IMG/VR virus record: IMGVR_UViG_2541047850_000005
Coordinates: 3,554-67,553 of that record
Reading direction: 5' to 3' (one strand)
DNA length: 64,000 bases
Source of the DNA: a virus
Lineage: Duplodnaviria; Heunggongvirae; Uroviricota; Caudoviricetes
Part shown: positions 45,720 to 53,723 of the stretch, in pieces
How the letters are laid out: every line of letters begins with the position of its first letter
Position numbering within the stretch: the first letter of the stretch is position 1
Made by a program: the position numbers and the translations under genes
The notes under the pieces: model-generated
The model's input: only the letters and a program-made list of their open reading frames with translations
Told to the model about the DNA's origin: nothing
Database searches by the model: none

Positions 45720-45992
45720 TCAGGCTCCTTTTGTTTCGTTGATTCGTTTTAAAGCGGCGGATTCGTCGAATACAATCGCATCGTGGTTAAGGTGTCTGGA
45801 TACACGAGCGAGGATTTTTACGACCTGCTCGCTGACTAATCCAAACTCGCGATCTGTCGCTTTCATTCCGGCAGCGTCTAGAATTGACGGCAGTGCGATG
45901 ACAGCGTACTCACCGTGATAAAAGACAATCTCTTTTGCCAGTTGGGTAGGGGTGGTTGTAGCGCCATTAATAATCGATTTAAGCATTAGCAA
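45720..45992 (-). CDS. hypothetical protein (90 aa)
   Basis: ORF coupled to both neighbours. Confidence 0.5.
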   Translation of the reverse strand: MLMLKSIINGATTTPTQLAKEIVFYHGEYAVIALPSILDAAGMKATDREFGLVSEQVVKILARVSRHLNHDAIVFDESAALKRINETKGA

Positions 45993-46981
45993 TACCTTTC
46001 GAATGGAAGAACAAACACTTCAAGGTCTTCAAGGAACGAACGGAAATTCAGCTCGTAGCACAGTTGCTCGAATGCTTTCACGTCACGATTGCCTTTGATT
46101 GTTTCGATTTCGGTAGGCGGAAACTTCGTCTCAATCAGGTTCATTAGCGTGATGTTTCTCTTGAACGCTTCGAGCATTCGACAGCCTGTTTTCTCGTTGA
46201 AGGCATTCTTCGCTAGTTTGTTGAAGGCGGTCTTATGACGCCCTTTATTAACCACGATTGAGCCGTCGTTGATGCCGCGTACCATCGTTGCGACACTTCC
46301 CCATTCATGCAGTAGCTCTTTCGCACCGCCAGCACCAATGCCACCAACACCGCTAATGTTGTCCGATTTATCGCCTTGTAATGCTTTTGCTTCCAAAAAT
46401 GCGCGAGGAGTAGCGAATCCTGTCAGCTCCGCAAATTGCTCAAAATTAACCTGCTTGTTTTTGGCGTCTTCGCGCAGGCTTACCCAGCTTACGTTTTCGC
46501 GAACTAACTGAAGCCAGTCGCTATCGCCTGTTAACAGATAGATGTGTTCAACGATTGGCTGCGGTGCAATGCTGGCTACCAGCAGCCCGGCCAGATCATC
46601 CGCTTCTGCATCTTTTGCAATGAGTTGGGTAACTCCAAGCGCGGTCATCATTTTGAGGATGTATGGCTTCTGGATAGCAAAGCCTTCCTTCATCTTTTTC
46701 ATATCAGGATCGTCGTCGCGATTTGCTTTGTAGTCCGGGTAAAAGTCGCGACGCTTGTCACTAAATCCATCCCAAAGAATCATAGGTCGGGCATGGAGGA
46801 TGGAGGCATAACGACGGACGTTCTTAACAAAGCCGAAAGCAGCCTGTACTTCCATTTCGCCGTTGTGCAATTTGTCAGATTGTTGGTGGTAATAACCCAG
46901 GCTATTGCCATCTACGAAGAGATAATTCTCCGGTACATTCCTTCCAAAAAGTAAGGCGTCCGTAGACGCCTTACTGGTCAC
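45986..46981 (-). CDS. 5'-3' exonuclease / flap endonuclease
   Basis: YLFVDGNSLGYY and GDKSDNISGVGGIGAGGAKELL (H3TH). GTG start. Confidence 0.85.
   Translation of the reverse strand: MTSKASTDALLFGRNVPENYLFVDGNSLGYYHQQSDKLHNGEMEVQAAFGFVKNVRRYASILHARPMILWDGFSDKRRDFYPDYKANRDDDPDMKKMKEGFAIQKPYILKMMTALGVTQLIAKDAEADDLAGLLVASIAPQPIVEHIYLLTGDSDWLQLVRENVSWVSLREDAKNKQVNFEQFAELTGFATPRAFLEAKALQGDKSDNISGVGGIGAGGAKELLHEWGSVATMVRGINDGSIVVNKGRHKTAFNKLAKNAFNEKTGCRMLEAFKRNITLMNLIETKFPPTEIETIKGNRDVKAFEQLCYELNFRSFLEDLEVFVLPFERYC
46946..46974 (-). terminator. terminator-like hairpin inside the first 12 codons of the FEN gene
   Basis: GTAAGGCGTCTACGGACGCCTTAC followed by TTTTT on the minus strand. Confidence 0.5.
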
Positions 46982-46990
46982 GTAATGGGA

Positions 46991-48019
46991 TTAAAGAGAG
47001 TCCAGCTCTCTCAGTAGGTCATCCAGACCTTCATCTTCCGTCGCAGATGCGGCTGCTACAGATGTCGCTGCGACTGCTTCAGACTCTTTGACTGATACTG
47101 CAACGGCAGCGGAACTTGCTTCTGGTTTAAATTCAGTTTCAACGGCACGGAGGATTTCTTCATCAACCAGACTGGTTGGTTCAGAAGCTGGGGTGTGAGC
47201 GGTAGCTACAGCAGTCGCACCCTCCGTATGACCAGTGACAGAGCCAAATCCAGGCAGTGCCGCAGCCGATGTTTTCGCGGTTGAGGAAATTGCTGGTGCA
47301 GATGCTGCGGCAGTTGGTGCAGCGATGCCAATCAGACGACCCATAGTGCGAACTGTCGACAGAAGACGAGTTTCATCAGCCTGATTTGCGTATGCGATCA
47401 GATCATGCTGGGTGTTCCAGAATTTATCTTCGATATCGCCTTTGTAGACTTTACGCTTAGGCGAGACGTCATATTTGGTATCGCGACCAGAGCCAGTACG
47501 TTTAATCAGGAATGCGTAGCCTTCCTCTTTGCTCAGTGGATTACCGATATCATCAGCGATGTCTTCGGTGATTGCTTTGCAGATATCATCGAATACAGTA
47601 GACGGCAGCTCGATTAACTGGCATTTCTCAGCATCTGCGAAATCCTCACGAGCAGAAAGAATGCCGTTGACCAGGTAGCGAGGAGTGGCACGCATTTGAC
47701 CGATGCGTTCTTCCATTGCTTTGTTACCCTTGTGACGAGCGCGACCTTCCATCACCATTTCGCATAGCTGACAAGCGCGACCGTGAGTATGTTGCTCACA
47801 AATATAAGCGTTGGTTGCTTCTTTACCTTCCTCGTTCTGATACTTAACGTAGTGCATACCGAAAGTCTGGAAGAACTTACCGTTTGGGTCGTCTTTATTC
47901 GGGAAGATGCGGATATAGTTGACGCCGTCTTTTAAGCGAGTCAGATCAACGTTGTTACCACGTTTGGCGGCAATGTCTTCACGAGTTTTGTTAAGCAAAT
48001 CAAGTAATGTCTTAGACAT
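46991..48019 (-). CDS. gp32-like single-stranded DNA-binding protein candidate
   Basis: CEQHTHGRACQLC zinc motif, an Ala-rich linker and an acidic tail EDEGLDDLLRELDSL. Confidence 0.55.
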   Translation of the reverse strand: MSKTLLDLLNKTREDIAAKRGNNVDLTRLKDGVNYIRIFPNKDDPNGKFFQTFGMHYVKYQNEEGKEATNAYICEQHTHGRACQLCEMVMEGRARHKGNKAMEERIGQMRATPRYLVNGILSAREDFADAEKCQLIELPSTVFDDICKAITEDIADDIGNPLSKEEGYAFLIKRTGSGRDTKYDVSPKRKVYKGDIEDKFWNTQHDLIAYANQADETRLLSTVRTMGRLIGIAAPTAAASAPAISSTAKTSAAALPGFGSVTGHTEGATAVATAHTPASEPTSLVDEEILRAVETEFKPEASSAAVAVSVKESEAVAATSVAAASATEDEGLDDLLRELDSL

Positions 48020-48136
48020 GTGTTTCTCCTTGTTGTGATTTGGCCGATGGCGCTATGCGCGTTGGGCTTTCGTTCATTCGTGGCTCTTTCGAGCTGTTTA
48101 ATGATAGATCAGTGCTTACTTATTATCTATCAAAAA

Positions 48137-48568
48137 TCAACGGGGAGTAATAAAGCGTTCAGAGCCTAATCGCTCTAATTCAACGATGGCCATCTTTGAC
48201 GCCTGAACGATCATGTCTCGGCGATGCGAAAAGGCGGCGACAGCATGTTTGTATATGTCTGCGATGTGCCGTGCTTCATCCAACTTCTGCCGTTTAGACA
48301 GATACTGTGGGTTTGTTTTAACCTTAGCGTCCAGTACAGATTCGTTGAACTTAATGCCGTTCATACTCAAGTTCTTACGCTCTGTGTCGTATAGCTTTGC
48401 TTCAACAGCTTCAAGGTTAAGTTTTGCTTCTGCGACACTTCTTTCTGCATGGGCGAGTTTTGAGCCATATTCCATCAACAGGCGGGGTTGTCTACGCCAG
48501 ACTTCCTCCAGATTGTCTCGGTCAAACTCGAGATCAGACATTATTTTCTCGTAAATATCGGTGATCAT
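48137..48568 (-). CDS. hypothetical coiled-coil protein (143 aa)
   Basis: ORF downstream of dnaE. Confidence 0.6.
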   Translation of the reverse strand: MITDIYEKIMSDLEFDRDNLEEVWRRQPRLLMEYGSKLAHAERSVAEAKLNLEAVEAKLYDTERKNLSMNGIKFNESVLDAKVKTNPQYLSKRQKLDEARHIADIYKHAVAAFSHRRDMIVQASKMAIVELERLGSERFITPR

Positions 48569-48693
48569 GTGCTTTCCTTTTTACTTATCATCTTATATTG
48601 ATTATATCATTGTGATGATAAGGCAAGGAGTTCGAGGATAGGGGATATGAGGGGATAAGAGAAAACATGGCCATAGAGGCCATGTTTATTGGA

Positions 48694-51600
48694 TCACGAC
48701 TTAATAGTTTCTGCTACGTCGGCTAATATCGCTTCTAGTCGTTCTCCCTCTTCAGGTCTGAAGTAAAGAATGTTGGGGTTAAACCCGTAAAAGACAGTAA
48801 CGTCAAGGTCTGGAAGATACTCCTTCCTGCCGACCAAATCGGATGGCTTGTTTTTGTTGTTAAACAATGCCGTTGCCCGGCTGCCACACGTCAGCACATA
48901 GGTCGGACGCACCAGATTGATCTCTTCACGTATAAAGTCGGTGAACTGGCCGATCTCGTCTTTGGTGTAGTCTTTTTCTTTGTCTTTAACCTTCTTGCAA
49001 ACGCCTGTGACATAGAGATCGCCCATGCGTAAATCTCCAGCCGTCAATAGCTTGGCCTTAAAGTCGTCGTATCCGTTCTCCATAAAGTAACCTGTTCGAG
49101 CATCATTGCCGTTCGCATTGTCCAGAATGATCATGATTTTCGGCTTAATACCAATGCTGGGGCGGATTAGTTCATCACCTAAGCCCATTTCAGCCGCCAT
49201 CCGTGTCATGAGCACGTTAATCTCAGCCGAACGTTTGGGGTTCATCTCAAACGGACGTGAGGCTTTAACTGCGTCTATGACAAGATTTCCCATCAATTCC
49301 GCTTGGTCGCGGAGACGTTCTGGATCAGTTGCTGGCAGACTACCTGGCTCGATGGATGCAAACGCACCTACTTTTCGCAGTGATTCGCGCACTCGACTAT
49401 TACAGGCACGTTTCTCGACAGCTTCTTCGAATTGCGCCAGTGACTCGAATTTGCCGCCAACTTTTTCTCGCGCTCTCATGATGGCTTGGCAGCCATTCTC
49501 AGAACACCCCTTCACAGCAGAGAAGGGTGCATACAGAACCTGGCTGCCATCTTCAAGCGTGCGGATCTCGATTCGGTTAGATGACACGTTAACGTCTGGT
49601 GGCAATACGCGAATACCATAGGTCAGCGCATCTTTAACCAGCCCTTGGTGTTTATCTTCGCCAAGAATAGTGAGAGCAGCAGCGAAAAACTCTGCGGGAT
49701 AATGAGTTTTCAACCACATAGATTGATAACTGATTAAGGAGTAAGCAACAGAGTGTGATTTGTTGAACTGGTAGGCACCATTTTTTTCGAATGCGGTCCA
49801 GATCTCCTTCGCTTTCATCTCTGATAGGCCAGGATGTGACGCTGTAACGCGTACTGCGTTTATAGGTAGTTTTGCGCCGTGCTCAAGTGCCTCTTCGACA
49901 GTTTTCAGAGTTCCGTCTTCGCATTTAAAATGTTCCGCACGGTGAATGCGCTGTGTAGTGCCATCTTCCAGCTCAACGTCTATCCAGCCAGCTTGAGCCT
50001 GAACGATGAACTTCTCGCCCATGCTCTTCATTTTTTCCATGTTCTTCTTACCGATTGCGGAACGCACACCGTCAGCTTCAGCCATTGTGAAGCCGGCAAG
50101 CAATCGAGTCGCGTTCATCGTCTGTTCCTGATAGAGAATCACGCCATTTGTTTCCGCGGTAAGTTCATCAAGAACGGGGTGTAATGATTCCGGCGTCATA
50201 AAGCCTTTGGCGACAGAAACATAGTCATCCAACATGCCTGATTGAATTGGCCCCGGCCGGAAGAGCGCAGTTGTAGCGACGACCGTTTTAAAGCTCATTG
50301 GCTCAATTCCACCACCTAAATCTTTAAGCAGCTTGCGCATTGGGCCTGATTCAAGCTGGAAAACACCTTGAGTGTACCCAGCAGCAAAACCATCCAGTAC
50401 CTTGCGATCTTCAAGAGAAATGGCATCAAGATTGATATCCTCACCTGTGTTCTCTTTAATGTAGCGTTTTGCACTATCGAGCAAATCGAGAGTCGCCAGG
50501 CCAAGTACATCCAGCTTAATTAGGCCCATAGCCTCGCAGTAACGCTTGTCAAATGCGATACAACGCGCGTCACCACGGCGTTCAACCGGTGTACGTTCTG
50601 TCAAGGGAACACCTGCTACGATCATCCCTGCCGCATGTCTGCCAAAGCCACGCATAATGCTTTGTAACTTACAGGCTGCATTGAATGCATCAGGATATTT
50701 TGTCGCGTATTTGTCGAGACTTGCTAGTTGTTCGCGCAGCTCTTCCAATGGAAGGCTATCATCCTCGACGTTCTTCAGTTCTTTTGATACCGCCATATCC
50801 GCAGCATCGACACCGTAAATACGCGCAGTGTCACGCAGCGCAGAAGCAGCGCCCAGATAGGTGAAGTTCGGAATACCGGCAACGTAATCTTCGCCATAGC
50901 GTTCATTCAGATACTCGATCACCTCATGACGACGTGCCTGACTGAAGTCTAAATCAGCATCCGGCAAGTCGAGACGCTCAGGGTTGATGAAACGCTCAAA
51001 CAGAAGACCGTGACGGATTGGGTCGACGTTGGTTATGCCTATGCACCACGCCACCAGAGAACCGGCAGAGGAACCACGACCAGGCCCAACGGGAATGCCA
51101 GTTTCACGACTATGATTCATCAGATCGCGCACCATCAGGAAGTAACCACAGAATCCCAGGCGAGTCAGCGTGTCCATTTCGTACTTTAGCCGCTCAACAT
51201 AAACCCTGTTCTCAGAAGCAGGTGGTGTGTATCCAAACTCTTTTGTGGTAAGACGTTTACGCAGCCCTGCAACAGCCAGTTTCATCAGCGTTGCAGGTTC
51301 GTCGTCTGCCATCTTGGGCAGTGCTGGTGGCAATTCATGCCAGCGCCATGTGCAGGCATCGATAATGGTATCCTGCGTTGTTGAGGCCATTGCAGCTGTT
51401 ACCGGCACATCCATGCGAACGGAGAAGGCTTTAAGCGACTCAAGGAGATGGCGGCGACCATTGACGGCGTTATCTCGCTGGTGGGGGATACGCAGACGAT
51501 GCGGCTGGTCGATTTTTATGTTGTTCGTAACCATGTGCGCAATGTCTTTAATGTCTGCATCGTCGATCGATTCGTAATAAGCGGGATAGAACGCTACTGG

Positions 51601-52212
51601 CTCTATTTTCAGTGCGCTGGCTACTTTCATCGCTCGGACGTTAATCTGGTCGTAGAATGGGGTAGGGTGCGGATAAACCACGCTATAGAAGTTGTCTTTT
51701 CCACCCGCTGTAATCAGTGTGCTTATGATTTTTGCAAAATCGTTGCGTTGGAACACGCTACCGATGTCGGAAGTGAGCAGGATGATGTTGCCTTTGGCAT
51801 ATGTAGAAACCAACTGTTCGAGCGAGAGACGCGGTACAAAGTAGAACTGTTCTCGTGTGTTGGCCACCGTCATTAGTTCGCAGATGTCGCGATATCCTTG
51901 CTCATTTTTAATTAGAGCGGTAAACGAGTAGTTACGTCCCCGCTCTAATGATTCCATACATCTCATAGATTCTTTAGCAAGTTTAGCACGGTGCTCGTAT
52001 GTGGGATCATCAACAATGTTTAGTTTCACACCACAAATAACCGCCATGTCGTCACCAGCGGCACGTTGTAGTGGAATAACGCTCGCAATATTCATGCTAT
52101 CTGCTGAAATTACAGCGGTGTAGCCAGCTTCTCTGGCAATCTTCACCGCGTTTTCTGCTTTTAAAGCCGACTCCCCAAGTGAGAAGTCAGTTCGAACCAT
52201 CAGTGCCTTCAT
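48694..52212 (-). CDS. dnaE: DNA polymerase III alpha-type (C-family) polymerase
   Basis: 1172 aa. GRGSSAGSLVAWCIGIT and PDADLDF palm motifs. The N-terminal PHP region lacks the usual His residues (MVRTDFSLGESAL). Confidence 0.93.
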   Translation of the reverse strand: MKALMVRTDFSLGESALKAENAVKIAREAGYTAVISADSMNIASVIPLQRAAGDDMAVICGVKLNIVDDPTYEHRAKLAKESMRCMESLERGRNYSFTALIKNEQGYRDICELMTVANTREQFYFVPRLSLEQLVSTYAKGNIILLTSDIGSVFQRNDFAKIISTLITAGGKDNFYSVVYPHPTPFYDQINVRAMKVASALKIEPVAFYPAYYESIDDADIKDIAHMVTNNIKIDQPHRLRIPHQRDNAVNGRRHLLESLKAFSVRMDVPVTAAMASTTQDTIIDACTWRWHELPPALPKMADDEPATLMKLAVAGLRKRLTTKEFGYTPPASENRVYVERLKYEMDTLTRLGFCGYFLMVRDLMNHSRETGIPVGPGRGSSAGSLVAWCIGITNVDPIRHGLLFERFINPERLDLPDADLDFSQARRHEVIEYLNERYGEDYVAGIPNFTYLGAASALRDTARIYGVDAADMAVSKELKNVEDDSLPLEELREQLASLDKYATKYPDAFNAACKLQSIMRGFGRHAAGMIVAGVPLTERTPVERRGDARCIAFDKRYCEAMGLIKLDVLGLATLDLLDSAKRYIKENTGEDINLDAISLEDRKVLDGFAAGYTQGVFQLESGPMRKLLKDLGGGIEPMSFKTVVATTALFRPGPIQSGMLDDYVSVAKGFMTPESLHPVLDELTAETNGVILYQEQTMNATRLLAGFTMAEADGVRSAIGKKNMEKMKSMGEKFIVQAQAGWIDVELEDGTTQRIHRAEHFKCEDGTLKTVEEALEHGAKLPINAVRVTASHPGLSEMKAKEIWTAFEKNGAYQFNKSHSVAYSLISYQSMWLKTHYPAEFFAAALTILGEDKHQGLVKDALTYGIRVLPPDVNVSSNRIEIRTLEDGSQVLYAPFSAVKGCSENGCQAIMRAREKVGGKFESLAQFEEAVEKRACNSRVRESLRKVGAFASIEPGSLPATDPERLRDQAELMGNLVIDAVKASRPFEMNPKRSAEINVLMTRMAAEMGLGDELIRPSIGIKPKIMIILDNANGNDARTGYFMENGYDDFKAKLLTAGDLRMGDLYVTGVCKKVKDKEKDYTKDEIGQFTDFIREEINLVRPTYVLTCGSRATALFNNKNKPSDLVGRKEYLPDLDVTVFYGFNPNILYFRPEEGERLEAILADVAETIKS

Positions 52213-52396
52213 GTGTTTTTACCTTTCTGGTTTTTTTGATTTTGTCATTTGGGAAGCCTACGAACTTCCCATGCATCGAAATCGCAACTTCTTTTGCTGA
52301 TTGGTGACAATAAGGCTTGTCTGGACACACCAGACAAGCCTTACCAGTTTCAGAAGCAGCGATAAGAGAGCCGAAACATCCTTTACGCACGATCAA
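52187..52396 (-). CDS. small Cys-rich ORF bridging the cobS-like gene and dnaE
   Basis: TTG or GTG start overlapping the cobS-like stop. CLVCPDKPYC. Overlaps the dnaE start by 26 nt. Uncertain. Confidence 0.35.
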   Translation of the reverse strand: MIVRKGCFGSLIAASETGKACLVCPDKPYCHQSAKEVAISMHGKFVGFPNDKIKKTRKVKTHEGTDGSN

Positions 52397-53628
52397 CCAA
52401 ATATTTTTTGAACAACTTCACGAGCCGCTTGTGCAGAAGCTGAAGGGAGTTTGTTAATGAAAGAACGCTCAATACCTGTCACAAAATCGCCTCGCATCAT
52501 TCCAATCTTGGCCGACAACAAAAGCTCACGAGGCCCAATCGGTTGGCTGATATTGTGTTCTTCGTATCCATCGCGAACGATACCGGCAAACTTAACCATC
52601 TTTTCAGCGTATTCATCCACGATGCCGGCATTTATCAACATGTTGATCTCTGCCTCTTTGCTCATGTATTTCACATTCGAAACGATGCCAAAACGCGAAA
52701 AGTTAGCGGCGTTCTGGATGTTTGTACCCTGGTACAAGCCGGTTTCATCACCAGATCCGTTCGTGTTGCCAGTGCCAATGAAAGCAAACCGTTCATGCGG
52801 AGTAATGCGACGCCATTCTGGAGTCGCCTCTTTGATGACCAACGCTTCACCTTCCAGCACTGGCTGATACACGCCAAGAATCTGTGGAAACGCAAAGTCG
52901 TATTCATCCGCGAGGTAAACCCAGCCATGCTTCATTGCGAGCGCAAGCAAACCAGGCTCGAAATACGTAGAGCCATCACGCGCCAGAATTTGTCCCGTAA
53001 CATGAGCCTCTTCCATTGATGCTGTATGTTGGGCACGGATTAACGGACGATTGAGCAAAGCACATAGTTGTGTAGGCAATGAAGATTTGCCTGTTCCTGC
53101 ATGACCCCACAAATAGCCTGGTATGCCAAGTTCAAGCATCATGAAAATGTCTTTGATCAGTTCGAAGTCGCCATATACGTATCCCTTCTTCACTTCTGGA
53201 ACGAACTCTGGAAACGGCGTATTGACGTTGACGCTAACCATGAGCGGCGTCCCACGTTTTGTTCCGAGTTCTTTCACCGTTACATTTAGCATTTCGTGAG
53301 CTGCGACCAGATCTGTCTTGTACTCAACTGTGCCTGTATAGCCTGGGCTATTGGTCACGCCAGATGATTTGGCCATTTCGCTTTTTTGCTCGGCACGTTT
53401 AGCTTGAATTGCATCAAGTGCCTTTTTCGATAGCGTTGGCTCATCTGGAAACTGCGTTGTGTACATTTTCAGTACGGTGTCAGGATCGGCATCTTTTACT
53501 GACTCAGGAATGCCCTCGCAATTACCATTGGCTACATGGGACTTAAAATAGTGAAATGATTTTCCGCACCACTTGCAAACAAGGTAATCAGAAGGATTTT
53601 TTTCATTTTGCAGTGCAGTAGTAGTCAT
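52393..53628 (-). CDS. CobS-like MoxR-family AAA+ ATPase with an N-terminal zinc ribbon
   Basis: WGHAGTGKSS, VYLADEYD and FIGTGNTNGSGDETGLYQGT are CobS-like. CKWCGK..C at the N-terminus. Confidence 0.85.
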   Translation of the reverse strand: MTTTALQNEKNPSDYLVCKWCGKSFHYFKSHVANGNCEGIPESVKDADPDTVLKMYTTQFPDEPTLSKKALDAIQAKRAEQKSEMAKSSGVTNSPGYTGTVEYKTDLVAAHEMLNVTVKELGTKRGTPLMVSVNVNTPFPEFVPEVKKGYVYGDFELIKDIFMMLELGIPGYLWGHAGTGKSSLPTQLCALLNRPLIRAQHTASMEEAHVTGQILARDGSTYFEPGLLALAMKHGWVYLADEYDFAFPQILGVYQPVLEGEALVIKEATPEWRRITPHERFAFIGTGNTNGSGDETGLYQGTNIQNAANFSRFGIVSNVKYMSKEAEINMLINAGIVDEYAEKMVKFAGIVRDGYEEHNISQPIGPRELLLSAKIGMMRGDFVTGIERSFINKLPSASAQAAREVVQKIFG

Positions 53629-53723
53629 GCGTTTTTCCTTTGTTTTCTAATGAGCTTTCAACTTCTTATATAAATATACCATCAAATATCGTAAGTGATT
53701 ACTTATCATTAAGGCTATTCTAA

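Noticed and set aside
1124-51330. Chi sequences (GCTGGTGG or CCACCAGC) noticed at about 1124, 1955, 4049, 4475, 9895, 25487 and 51323.
   Set aside because: The orientations are mixed, several are simply parts of terminator stems, and there is no obvious clustering or polarity that I can evaluate without counting statistics.
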